Assembly (NCBI GenBank): GCA_964199315.1
Contig: OZ116701.1
Location: 22,196,001-22,260,000 of the forward strand
DNA: 64,000 nucleotides
Source: Orbicella franksi
Lineage: Eukaryota
Reading direction: 5' to 3'
Made by a program: the position numbers and the translations under genes. Of the stretch, positions 10,944-23,314 are shown in pieces. The notes under the pieces were generated by a model that was not told the origin of the DNA, ran no database searches, and saw only the letters and a list, made by a program, of their open reading frames with translations. Within the stretch, counting starts at the first letter, position 1, and the number at the start of each line of letters is the position of its first letter.

Positions 10944-12000
10944 AAAAATGAAGCCTTGCATAAAAACAAAGGCAGCTATGAAGCACTGATGATACTATCT
11001 CTAGAATCAAGGCAAGATCTTAGTTGGTGGGTAAGCAACCTACCACATGCATACAAAGACATTGATATCTCAAACCCTGACATTTAAATCACTACTGATT
11101 CTTAAACACCAAGCTGGGGAGCAGTGTGCCTTAGAGAAACCACTGAAGGCTTGTGGTCTGAAGTAGAACAATTGAGGTAAATAATTGAGTTTGAGATATT
11201 GGCAGTTCACTTCCCACTGAGATGTTTTCAGTCACATATTAAGGGAAAGTATGTGAAAATTAATAGTGATAATTGCAATTAATACTGCATGGAGTGCAGT
11301 CTTCTTTTGTTGTGTTAGATGATGGATCTAGTGTAGGTCAGAATCCACTAATTTCAAGATTGTTAAAAGGCATTTTCCAGTCAAGGGCTCCCAAACCAAA
11401 ATATACTGAAGTTTGGGATGTTCAGATTGTACTGTCTTACCTTAAGACTTTGCACCCAGTGGACTCCTTAAGTCTGAAAGACCTCTCTTTCAAACTTGTG
11501 GTGATATTATTGCTGGTTTCAGGCCAGCGAGGTCAGACTATCCACATGCTTGACATCAATGATATGGTTATTACAGTCAATGGCTTTACTTTAAAGTTAC
11601 TGTAAATCACTTAAAGCAAAGTAAACCTGGGTACCATAATCCTCAGGTTAAGTCTGTACCTTATGACGACTCTAGGCTTTGTGTTGTCACAACTTGTAAG
11701 GAGTATCTTCAGAGAACTAAGTCTTTTGGGGGAAGCCGATCTAAGATTTTTCTCAGTTATGTTAAACCTTATGAAGAAGTGAGTGGGCATACTCTTACCA
11801 ACTGGGTACGACAAGGTCTGGCACAGACTGGTATAGATGTTTCTAAGTTTTCATCACATAGTACTACAGCAGCATCCGTGTCAGCTGCACATAGAACATC
11901 TGTTAATTTAGATGACATCCTGAAACAGCTGGTTGGTCATCATAGTGTTGTTTCACTAAATACTGTAACAAGCCATTAGTTAAGGCTTCCAATTATGCAA
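10944..12000 (+). pseudogene. DIRS RNase H fragment fused by deletion to tyrosine recombinase
   Basis: QDLSWWVSNL..ITTDS..SWGAV..EILAVHF..VKINSDN is followed directly by INTAWSAVSSFV..GQNPLISRLLKGIFQSRAPKPKYTEVWDV..LLVSGQRGQTIHML..FSSHSTTAASVSAA. Confidence 0.8.
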
Positions 12001-12123
12001 ACTCTGTGTTATCAGTTAGGTAGATTATCACGATGATCTTCACTGCCACTGTAATAAACACTGTTTCCTTTATTGAGGTGTGTGCCTTCTCTTCATTAGC
12101 ATGTTAGCTTAGAAATCTTATGG

Positions 12124-12228
12124 AATCTCTCAGCATAGTAACAAGGTAGAATTAGAAAATAGAACGAGCCTAACCTGTAAGTTGAAGTTTAATTGAGATT
12201 CTACCGAGTTACATAATGCTGAGAGATT
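12124..12228 (+). repeat. Inverted repeat at the DIRS 3' end (ICR/right ITR region)
   Basis: AATCTCTCAGCAT.GTAACAAGGTAGAAT pairs with ATTCTACCGAGTTAC.TAATGCTGAGAGATT. It lies downstream of the recombinase, as in DIRS1-like elements. Confidence 0.6.
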
Positions 12229-12863
12229 ACATGCCCATGCTCCCACCCACCCCTCAGTTCAATGTTTGTGGGCTAAAAGGGACAACAAACACATTTAGAT
12301 TAAAGATTATAGCACAGCGAGGATGAGACAATCAAAATCACTGGCTAAAAAATTTGCAAACAATTTATAAGCACAGGCAGTCTGTTAAATCTTTGCTAGG
12401 AAATCCTGTGGCTGAGATAGGAATTCTTAACAACATTTTACTGCATCAAAGCTATTTTTAGTGTATAGTCTGAAGGACAGAGTACTATTAAGGTTAGAAT
12501 ATTGGTAAAGGTACTTCAAATAGGTGAAATGCTAGTTCCTGATCAAAAACATGTGCCTCAGATGTTGATGTTTTTGCCAGTGAACATTTTTATCATGATT
12601 TTGATTATGTATACAAATCATATACTGCGATAAACAGTTTCAGTTTATACCTTAAATCTAAAGCCAATTTTTAATTGTGAAACATTAACTCTTTTTATAG
12701 TTACAGCTGTTTTTCCTGATAGTGGTAGTCATAGCACTACCTCCATTTGCCCCCAGAGGTACCTTAAGTGTATCTCCTACGATGGTTTTCAACTGAATGC
12801 TAAACTATCTTGAATGATTACTAAAATCAACAACAGTAACTGGGCATAATTCTGAGTGGCATA

Positions 12864-15800
12864 ATGGCGGGCGGACGTGCCTTGAAACTATCCATGGTTC
12901 TTCTAGTTTCTCTGTCGCTCTTCTCGAGTATTTTTAATCTCAGAAGAGATCTTCGTGTCCCAAATGTACCTGGCCATCGCAATGTGATCATATCAGGAAC
13001 TCCAGGACAAGAACCAACATGAAACAACCCACTGCTAAGTAAGTTTACTCTAACGAGCGGAGGCCATGTTGATTTCATGCGACTTAAAGTAAAGAGATAC
13101 TTTGGTCTCCGGGTCAGCCGCTATCCCAACACCGATTCTACATTCCAACTAAGTAGATTAATTATCAGTGGAGACATTTGTCCAAACCCTGGACCCTTAC
13201 CAAAACCGAGCTGCCAGAAATGCTTAAGAACGATAGGAATAAATCACCGATCGCTAATGTGTTCGAACTGTGGGTGCGTTTACCATATGAAGTGTGGAAA
13301 TGTTAAACCAAGTGATTTTATTCGCATCAAAGAGAACACAATTAGCTGGATTTGTCGACAGTGCACTTGGCAAACCGCGGCCTTCAGTGCCAGCAGCCCC
13401 GAATCCCAACCTTCCGATGTATTCTCATCGATCAACAACTGCCTCTCAGATCATCCTGGTCTGAAAATAGGCCACATCAATGTTAACGGCCTAAAGGGAA
13501 AACTACCCGAGATTCGCATGCTACTGCTAAACGTTAGCCTGGATATTCTAGCTGTAACTGAGACCAAGTTGGCGAACGACATTACCGATGATGAAATCGG
13601 AATTGAGGGTTACTTCACAATCCGGAAAGATCGCGATAGGAATGACGGTGGTGTTTTAATGTACTACAAAGATTTTTTGTCAGCCTACGAAGAGGTTAGA
13701 ATGCAAGTCCTTCATACCATCGAAGGTGTTTGGATAAATGTACGAAGCCAATCGCAATCATGGCTATTTGCTTGTGTGTACAGACCACCGCTTGATCTCT
13801 CCTTCTACAATACGTTTAATGTCATGTTAGAGGAGGTTTGGTCTACGCGAAAAAACATAGTAATCATGGGCGATTTAAATTCTGATTTGTCTCTACAAAG
13901 GCAAGAAGGTGTCGAATCTCACCTTGGTAGGTGCCTAACGTGCATATTAAACACTTATGGCTTAAAATGTGTCATAAGAGAACCGACCAGAATATCTGAC
14001 AAAGCACAAACATTAATCGACCTGATAATTGTTAGCCATGCGGAGAGCATCACAACAGCTGGAGTCGCCCACCTGGGAATATCTGATCACAGTTTTGTTT
14101 ATGCAAATTTGCGAATGAGAAAGAAGAAAAATCCATTGGTAACGAAAACCGTAAACAACTACAAGAAATTCGACCAGCAAAAATTTAAAAACGACATCGA
14201 ATGTGCCCCTTGGAGTGTATGCGAGATTTTTGATGACCTAGAGGATCAAGTATGGGCATGGCAACACATCTACCAGGAAATCGCGTCTAACCACATCTCA
14301 ACCAGGAAAGTCAGAAAGAGAGAAAACAAATTGCCGTGGATAACTAACGAGATAAAGAAAGAACAAAACAACCATTACCGGCTGCTAAAACTCTTTAAAG
14401 TTAACAAAGATCCAACAACCTGGAGCTTGTAGAAAGCCGCTAGGAACCGTGTAAAGAAATTGATCCATAATGCGAAAATTTCATACTGGAGGGAACAATT
14501 TGCTGACACCGACAATAGCAAGAAATTCTGGCAAGTGGTAAAGAATGCACAAGGCATCGGCACGAGAAAACCAATTCCACCAGTCTATGAGAGAGAGTAA
14601 CATCCTAACAAACAATTTCGACAAGGCCGAAGCTATGAATGATTACTTTGCAAGCATTGGAACTCAGCTTGCTGAAAAGTTTGACCACAATGCCATGACT
14701 GCTCAGCCATTCGAGACCATTTATTGTATAACACCCACCATAAACCAAATTGGCCTGTCCGAAAAACAAGTTAAGCTGAAACTATCTCGGATAAAACAAA
14801 AAACAGGGGGTCCTGACAAAATAATGTCACGTGAAATGGCGGAGGCAGGCGACACCCTCTTTGAAGGTCTCTTCAGTATATTTAAGAACAGTATTCAACG
14901 CGGCCTCCACCCAAGTAACTGGAAAATTGGAGAAGTAATCCCAGTTTTCAAGAAGGGGTCCAAGTCAGATTGTGCGAACTATAGACCTGACAATGCTAAA
15001 TTTAAACAGCAAAATCTTAGAGAGTATTGTTTGCGACTCTCTAGACAATCATCTCGAGATGCATAGCCTTGTTCACTCAAACCAATGGGGGTTCAAGAAA
15101 GGAATCTCCACTGAATCATTACTCATCTATCTCACTGAAACATGGAAAAAGGCAATTGATACTGGCCACAAAGTCGGAGTACTATTTATTGATTTCAAAA
15201 AACCTTTTGACACTGTCGACCACAACATCCTTCAACTCAAATTAGCAGCTGCAGGAATATCAGGTGGTTTCCACGAGTGGATCGTAAGTTACCTCTCAAA
15301 TAGATGCCAGTTTGCCACTGTAAATGGAGTAAGATCTGGGCTGCGACCAGTCAATATTGGGGTCCCTCAAGGTTCCCTCCTAGCTCCTAGACTTTTTGCA
15401 ATTTATGCAAATGATTTACCCAACTTGTCCGCAACCGGATTTATTCATATGTTTGCCGACGACACCACTGTGTATTACATTGGGAAGGAGGTTGAAGAAA
15501 TAGTGGATGCGTTAAACCGAACATTAATTGATTTTAAAAGCTGGTGTGACCAAAATCGCTTGACTGTTCACACTAGCAAGACGGAAGCAATGTTAATCTG
15601 CAAACACGCATTTGTCGGCCCTATGAGACCACTGATATTTGGCAACTCATACATATATTTCACCTCCAAATCTACCTGCTTGGGTGTTGTAATCGACCAC
15701 AACTTGAACTGGAAACCTCAAATTAAAATGCTCCCCTCCAAATTTGGAGGAAAACTAAAATTCCTAAAGTCTATGAAAGGACTGCCTACCAGTGTTCTTG

Positions 15801-16548
15801 AAGAAATCTATTACAAAGGCATTGTTCCAAGCATAACCTACTGCATTGCCGTATGGGAATCCTGTTCATTGTCTTCATTTAATGACCTAGAGCATTTACA
15901 CATAAAAGCTGCAAAACTAATCCATAAACTCCCTAGTGGAACTCCTGATTGTGACGCCCTTAAAAGGGCTAAATGGAAGCCATTGAGTTACATCTACAAG
16001 CGGAGGCTCGCATCAATAATGTTTCAGGTGCATAATGATATTCTACCGGAGCAGCTTACGGCCCTACTTGGAACTCGCACAAATGAGACTAGTTACAAAT
16101 TAAGGCGCTTGAATGACTTCTCGCTAGCACGTTATCATAGTGATCTCAGAAGAAATAGCATAAGGTATAGAGGCCCTTTTGTGTGGAATTCCATCCCAAA
16201 ATTCATAAGAAACGTTACTTCTCTTCAGCTTTTTAATGAAAAACTTAAACTAGCCTCAAAAACATTAGACCAAATACAGTTCGAGAAAGAGGCGTGCCTT
16301 ATTAAATCTAAGAATAGTGCATTTTTATATTTTTAAAACACTCTTTTTTACACTTAATTTTAATAGAAATGTAAATTTTAAGTCATTTTAAATTATCTTT
16401 TAGTAGCTTTTGAATCCTAAGGATGTACTTTTAATAATTTTAGATTTTAGTTTCTAGGTATATATTTTATGGCAGGTCCACACCAGCCCTCTGGGTTGCC
16501 AGACGCAGACCTGCCTCATCAAAAATATATGTATGTATGTATGTATGT
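12864..16548 (+). mobile_element. CR1/L2-group LINE (PHD + APE + RT), disrupted
   Basis: PHD-like CQKC..CSNCGCVYHMKC..WICRQC; APE motifs (GHINVNG, VTETKL, IMGDLN, ISDHSFV); RT (LFIDFKKPFDTVDH, GVPQGSLLAP, FADDTT). A 3' stem-loop GGCAGGTC/GACCTGCC (16471-16515) precedes an (ATGT)n tail ending near 16548. Confidence 0.92.
13077..16336 (+). pseudogene. LINE ORF2 (endonuclease-reverse transcriptase), in three frames
   Basis: ORFs 13077-14432, 14545-15066 and 14972-16336 are collinear pieces of one polyprotein. Confidence 0.9.
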
Positions 16549-17879
16549 TGGCTCACCTGATCATCCAAATGGGACAGGGCTTTCCTCATAAGCTCGACAG
16601 GTACTACACCACACCAGTAAGATGTCGCTTTTGGGGCAACCATTCCATAACTCTTTTTATAAAAAGTCATAACTCCTGAGCACCGGGCTGTCTTTAGACA
16701 GGTAATAAGGATTGCAAGGTCGCTTGGTTTTTGCTCTAAGATACAATAGCACAGATACTAAATTTACTGTATGTTGTTAACTTGCATATACAAGTTATTA
16801 AGTACCCAAAAGAATTTCTAATTGAGTTTTAACTAACTTCTATAACTAATACTTGGCAATTACGTTGGGACAATTTTGCAACAAATGTTTGTAATAAACT
16901 CTACCTCTGTACAGTCAATTACTGTTATGGCCTGGTGGACACCCTTAGGCCCAAAAAATTTTTGCTAGGACATAATAATTACACCTGCTTATGTAAAGTC
17001 AGAGAGTGTATAGTGTTTCTATGTGGCAGAGGTCCATGGAAAGGTGTCAACTTGTGAGAGGGATCTGTCTATGGGGGTGTCTTTTAACAGAAGTACAATT
17101 CCCTTTGTTAATGTCTGCTCATAAAAGCCATGGTGCCAGGACATTTCTGCACATCAAAATAACCACTCTCAGTGAAAAAAAAAATAGGTATACAATGTGC
17201 ACATGGTTGGGCATGCAATACATGCATATTACCTTATCAAGAGAGAGAAGTTTCGTAGTGATACTTCATCATTTTATTTGAAACATGAGCAGTGCATATA
17301 TAAATAAAAAACCAACCACTAAAACAGATTTATTTCAAGACAGTGAGGCTTTCAAGACTAAGTAAAGACCGTTTATTGCAAGCTTGCTCAGATGACAACA
17401 TTGATAATTACCCAGGCAGTGAGGCCTGGGTTTAAATTTCAGCTCTCTCTTTTTGTTTTCCTCGTTCAGTCACAAATCACTGTCTGGTCTCTAAAGCGCA
17501 TGCGTCACCTGTACATGCGCACAGCACATGGAATTTATAGAAGTTGTCGTCATGAAAAGTTAGCACAAATTTCATGATTTCTAGGGCTATGAAATCACAT
17601 ACAAACTAACACACCGTTCGCGGTAGACCAACACTAAAGGACGTTAAGCGTTTTCAGAACAGATCGGTCTGCAAGCCTTGCGAGAGATCAATTTACGAGC
17701 GAACATTTTGAGTGAATTTATCATAAATCATGTTATACCAAAGGAGCTATCAACTCTTCAACTTGATAAAAAGCATCTTCAGAAGCATCATCGTATTTTT
17801 ATTGTACATTTAAGCTGAAAGAAACTAATGTATGTTGACCCCCCTAAAAAAAAAAACAATTCTAGGCTTGCACTGTCAC

Positions 17880-18034
17880 GCAATCCTAACACAATTACAA
17901 AAATTATTGGAAAACCATTCAAGAAATTGTGATGTTATAGGAGATTAATAAAGATGACACTTCTATAATTTTTAAGTCTGTGCGTTTTCCCAAACCTCAA
18001 ATATTCGTCGAAATATTTTGCACAAATTTAGAGT

Positions 18035-18070
<36 letters not shown>

Positions 18071-18290
18071 TACACCAACATCGTGGCTGGAAAATTGTGT
18101 AAACACCTGGAACTTACTTTGGCTATCTAGGCAAGTGTTTATCTGTACTGAACAAACAAGCATTTACATAAGCACTTTTCCTAATACTTTAACTTCTAAA
18201 TGGGCTAAAAATCACGGGATAAGTATATGTTTTTCAACAAACGAGTTCGTAGCTCTATGTCATGCACCGCCATAACTCTGAAATTCAAAA
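17880..18290. repeat. Probable interspersed repeat with an internal palindrome
   Basis: GCCGCCATGTTGGTGTACC-TCCGT-GGTACACCAACAT forms a hairpin. Ends are not resolved. Confidence 0.4.
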
Positions 18291-18782
18291 TGTCTTGCTT
18301 GCTTGAAAAACGCACAAAAAAACACAACGACAAGGGTTAAGGAAAATAGACTGAAATGTTTATAGGTTGATATAAAGACTTTGACTCATTTCACACCCTA
18401 AAGGCCTGCAAACGAGTAATAAGGTATTAATTGGTTCCAAGAAATGCAGTCAAAGGCAGAATAGCTCGAGTACATCGATTCAATTGAATTTTGTAGGACT
18501 TCAAATGCAGAGCATTAGTTCAACTACAACATAGCTAGTGCGTCTCAGTATAATGACTGCCTGAGTACGTGCAGCAAGGCGTCTAGTTACGTACAATCTT
18601 TAGTGTAAGCTGTTTTTGACTCTGATGGTACAAAGATGGAATGATTTCCACTACTGTTTCTACTACTGTTAAAATGGAATGTATTAATTAATTTTGATTG
18701 GCATTGGAAAAAAATTATTTTTACATTACCTTGTACATGTAGTGTCAATTGACTTCTACAGTCTGTTGCACAAGAAAGCCAT

Positions 18783-20995
18783 TAAGAGCAAATTCCCACA
18801 AAAATCAAACAAAATCAAATTTCTTCGGCAAGACTAGAAAATTCATATTCACTTGTCTTTTGCATATAGCTAGCCCCTAGCAAGAGTGCAAACAGGCTGT
18901 AGTGTTTTCCTTAAAATAACTTTGTCTTTCCGAGAAAAACGACATTTTCAATTTAACCTTCAGACTCAATTTCGTGCAATCTAGCAAGTCCCAACTGTGC
19001 TGAAAATCGACCATTTTCATTTGATTCGCATTTTGCAACCATTGAGCACAGAAAAGTTGTGATACAAACAGCTTATTGCAGAACTATTCCTTGGCTGAAA
19101 GAATGTTGGATTAATCTTATCAATCAAAACCAGAGTGCTCTCCAAAATTGAGTTAGTCAGTCAGTGAAAAGAATTGTCATTTTGACCATGTGCCATGTCT
19201 CAGAATTCCACAAGATTTTATATTCTAACTACACTAGGATAGGTCTTTCAATATATGTAAAGTTTAGTTTGGGCACATGATTAGGCACTCGTCAAAAAGT
19301 TATTCAAAATCGTTCACAAAAGACACAAAATCACGCCAGGAGCTCTCAAGTGCGTGACCAAAAGTATCATCAGCATATCGGCATTTAATACTTCAGTTCG
19401 ACACGTCAGCATTACCAAGCAGTATAAATGACATACACATAAAAATGACATGTTCACCTACTTTGGTTTGTAGTATCGTGAATCTTGCAAACTGATTCTT
19501 TCCCTGCATTTCTTGTCAGTACTCATATCCGACTTTGAAGAAAAACAATTACTGTCTCAATTCCCATGTATATATTATTGGATGTATCATTATATCTGTG
19601 TCATTTGTGTCGTTTGATTAAGCCAGTAGTAACTGCTAAAGCATTATTCCACGTGTGACTTTCGGGTTTCCATGTTGAAGACGTTTGAAAGGCCTCCATT
19701 TTGACTGAAGATGTTTATTGAGATCGGTGCATTACAACATTTTTTACATGGGGGTGAGGGTCGGGATTTCAGAGCTTTAAACAGAGTTACTTTTCTTTGT
19801 TTGAATTTTAGGCCACAAAGACCTTGTTAGTATGTAGCATTTTATTGCTTTACCTAAGAAAGGAGGCCCTGAATTAGAACTAACATCCAGATATTGGAAA
19901 ATTCTAATGCTTTTTCTTTCAGAAATAATCCCCACTCTACCCCTACCCTGTGTGCAAAGACTTTTGCTAGACAATATGCAATTAAGAGACGTGGAGTGAT
20001 CGAAGATGGCAGCTTATTTATTATTGCTAATTACTGGGGATTTCTGCCTGAAAGCAGGTTGAATGATTGTACCGAACAACAAAATGGAAAACGTATGAAT
20101 ATTTACATAGGAACTTGGTAATATTGAGTGATTTGGGGGTTTCAAATTCACCAGACAAATGCATACAGGTTATGCAAAGCTAATGGAACACTGTTAAAAT
20201 GGCAGGATGGGAATGTTGTTTGCTGGTCAAGACATGATAACTAAGCTAAGGTAAACATATTTATATTGTTTTATGCTTAAGTTGTGCTGATGTTCCTGTG
20301 ATATTTCAAATTGAAGTGATTTAATGACAAAAACAATGGTAGCACTTTTGGTCACACATTTGACTGCTGGCGTTCTTTTAATTTTTTTGTGATTTGAATA
20401 ATTTTTTGACGAATGCCTAATCATTTGCCCAAACTAAACTTTACATATATTGAAAGACCTATCCTAGTATAGTTAGAATCTAAAATCTTTTGGAATTCTG
20501 AGACATAGCACACGGTCAAAACGACAATTCTTTTCATCGACTGATGAACTCATCGTTGGAGAACACTTTGGTTTTGTTTACCGTCAAATAATTAGATTAA
20601 TCCAATATTCTTAAAACTGGGCTTTTTTGGACAAGGAATAGTTCTGCATTAAGTTGGTTGTATTACAACTTTTTTGTGCTCAATAGTTGCAAAATGCGAA
20701 TCAAATGAAAAAGGTCGATTTTCAGCCCAGTTAGCACTCATTAGATTGATGTCTGGACATGAAATTGATAATGTCCTTTTTCTCAGAAATGCCAAGATAT
20801 TTGAAGAAAAAAAAATACATAGCGTTTTTACTTTTACTATGGCCTACTTATGTAGGCCATAGTAAAAGTAAAAACGCTATGTTTTTTTTTTTCTTCAAAT
20901 ATCTTGGCATTTCTGAGAAAAACAACAGTAGGGCAAATTTGATTTTTCTAGCCTTACCGAACTATTTTTGATTTTTGTGTACATTTGCTCTTAAA
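18783..20995. mobile_element. Foldback-like element with long imperfect inverted arms
   Basis: About 18927-19375 is the diverged reverse complement of about 20345-20789 (e.g. CTAGGATAGGTCTTTCAATATATGTAAAGTTTAGTTTGGGCA vs TGCCCAAACTAAACTTTACATATATTGAAAGACCTATCCTAG). Weaker similarity extends out to about 18783 and 20995. Confidence 0.75.
20777..20922. repeat. Near-perfect 146-bp palindrome
   Basis: Arms of about 71 bp (TTTTTCTCAGAAATGCCAAGATATTTGAAG..ACTATGGCCTAC) surround a TTAT loop at 20848-20851. They differ only within the A/T run. Confidence 0.92.
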
Positions 20996-21201
20996 TAAAA
21001 GTTCACCATAATCACCGGTCCAAAATTAACAACCAGTCAGAGTTGTTGGTCATAATATGTATAATAATATGTATAATATGTATAATATTAATTGACTTCA
21101 AACTTCACACAAACGTAGAACAACCATTCTAATTCATTATTCATTTTTCGCAGATATGTTGACATAGTGGTTTTGTGAATCATTTTAAAAACACCCCTTA
21201 A

Positions 21202-22132
21202 AGGTCAAATGAACTAAAATTTTTTGGACATTTTTTTCATTTGGGTTCAATGTGTTCATTAAGTATAAAATAAACGTATTCTGAAGTTTCCAAAGAATTG
21301 GACGAAGCATTGCGGAGATATTGGAATGTTAAAATCACTGTTTTTTATCCTCCATAATCATAGAGTGAAAAATTGTCGGATCATTGTCAGAAATAAAACT
21401 TGTGATGTCACTGTTAGTGAGCTCAATAAATGCGGGAAATTTGAAACTGTTTTGGTTTCAAGTTCACAGCGAACTTCAGAGGAAAACCACTTGAATTCAA
21501 AAGTTAGCACTTTCAAGTTTCTCCAAAACCCAAAACTTAAAAGAGAATGGCTTATAAAAATGAAAAGAGAATGCTTCATGCCCTCAAAGCTTTCGTGTGT
21601 TTGTGTAAAACACTTTATCGAAGAATGCTTTGAACAAAATCTTGTAGTAAGGAGTTTGTTGGGACCCTCTTTCAAGCTTCATCAACTTGTAGTCAAGAAA
21701 GATGCACTACTGACAACTTTTAAATTCACTGTGGAACATTGTAAGCCAGCAATTGGACAAAAACGAAACACAAGCAAATACTGCCCGCCAAGCAGCGCAC
21801 AAACTCCTCTGCCATTTCCCAAGTAAAAAAGGTTTGTATTTAGATCCAAAACCTTCCCCATGAAAGACCCACTGACAAAGAAATGCACCAATGTTCAAGG
21901 CAACAATGACATCACAAAGCAGAGTCTCAGTTCCATTCCTTCCATTAAAGTGCGAGGTCATTTTGGAAACATTTTCATGAAGCCATCTGCTCTCATCCTA
22001 CTTTTAACTTTTTTACTCCTTTTCACGGCTCAGAAAGAAAAATTTCCACATAAGTTTCCTTTTACATGTTTTTTAACATTCTGTCACTATAAAATGGCTG
22101 AAGAAATGTCTAAGTTTTGGTTCATTTGACCT
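21202..22132 (+). mobile_element. Kolobok-type deletion derivative carrying a THAP-domain remnant
   Basis: 13-bp TIRs AGGTCAAATGAAC with TTAA on both flanks (21198-21201 and 22133-22136). Internal FLQNPKLKREWLIKMKRECFMPSKLSCVCVKHFIEECF..KKDALLTTF matches the THAP W/C-x-x-HF/AVPT pattern. Confidence 0.8.
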
Positions 22133-23314
22133 TTAAGCTGTTAAAAATGGCTGCAAAATATAGGTCATCTTTAACAGCACAAAAATACATCTGGTCCCTC
22201 CTATTTTGAGTATTTTACTTTACAGCCTTAAAATATCACTCTTTACTATGCCAAGTTTCAGGCTCAGACTTGCACTATTTCCCTTTGAGAAAAAAAAATC
22301 TGTCAATGTGTTAGGCACAAGTGACACAGTATTTATACCTGAACTAGATGCTCTAAGAGTGTTTACTCGGGCTTCGTACCAGAGTATCAAATCGTACTTT
22401 ACGAAAACGTGTACTGGACACAATAAAAGCAAATTAAAGAATCAGGATATTTTAGCACAAGAGTTCTGCTTAACTATTTACTATTCATGTTGCTTCGTTG
22501 AGTATCCTCATCCTATCACAAGTTGCGAGTTTAAACCAGTTTGGTTCAAGAATGAAGCACAGCTGTCTATGCACTGATGGAGAAGTTGTTTGCAAAGAAT
22601 TTTTGAGGTCTTTTTACAACTTATGGCGATTACTTTGTACATACTAGCAGAAATTGTACGAAGTTTGTTTACTGGTCATCGCGATCCGAGTAAATTGTGT
22701 AGCTGAACATCTTTGCCGTGTCGCAATCTTAAACCCTTTTCAAGAGTCATATCTCCTTTGGAGAGCTAATAATCCCTTTCGAGAGAGCCAAAACGAATCA
22801 TGATAAACTCTTTCACGAAAACAACAGTCCTGTGCCTAGGCTCAAATTGCATTGCACATAATTTGCCTAAACTTTCAAGTTGTGTATTTTGCGAATAACT
22901 TCCAGGAATTTGCGACCCTTAACGCAGTTCATGAAGAAATATTCAAGCTACATATTTTTACTGAATCAAGGCAGGAGTATTTTTAAAAAGGGCTCTCATT
23001 TATAAGGGAAGATGTGGGATTATGTTTTGCTATCTATTTTAGTTTCATACTTGTCTAGTTCATGTCATGCAACATGATTTTGTTTTGCAGTCAGACACAG
23101 TTTTCTAAAAGAATTGGCGATTGCTAAGACTGCTAATATATTTGAGCTACTAGTGAAATAACTGGCTAAGCTATCGTCAATGCAGATTTCCTTAGGACTT
23201 GGCAAGAACATTGGTTCGTCAATAATCCAGCACAATTCCCCGCACAATTGAAGGTTTAATTCTCCCGCACAATGTGCCTCCAAATTCACACAATTTTTTT
23301 TTCCTGCACCCTAC

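Larger units (their letters stand above)
2400..12250 (+). mobile_element. DIRS1-like tyrosine-recombinase retrotransposon, decayed and interrupted by nested insertions
   Basis: Collinear gag-like, RT, RNase H and tyrosine recombinase remnants plus a 3' inverted-repeat region. The RT frame rejoins across two insertions (NIVAT|KCLFESLG and YRNIEID|KNEALHKNKG). The left end is not identified, so boundaries are approximate. Confidence 0.85.
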
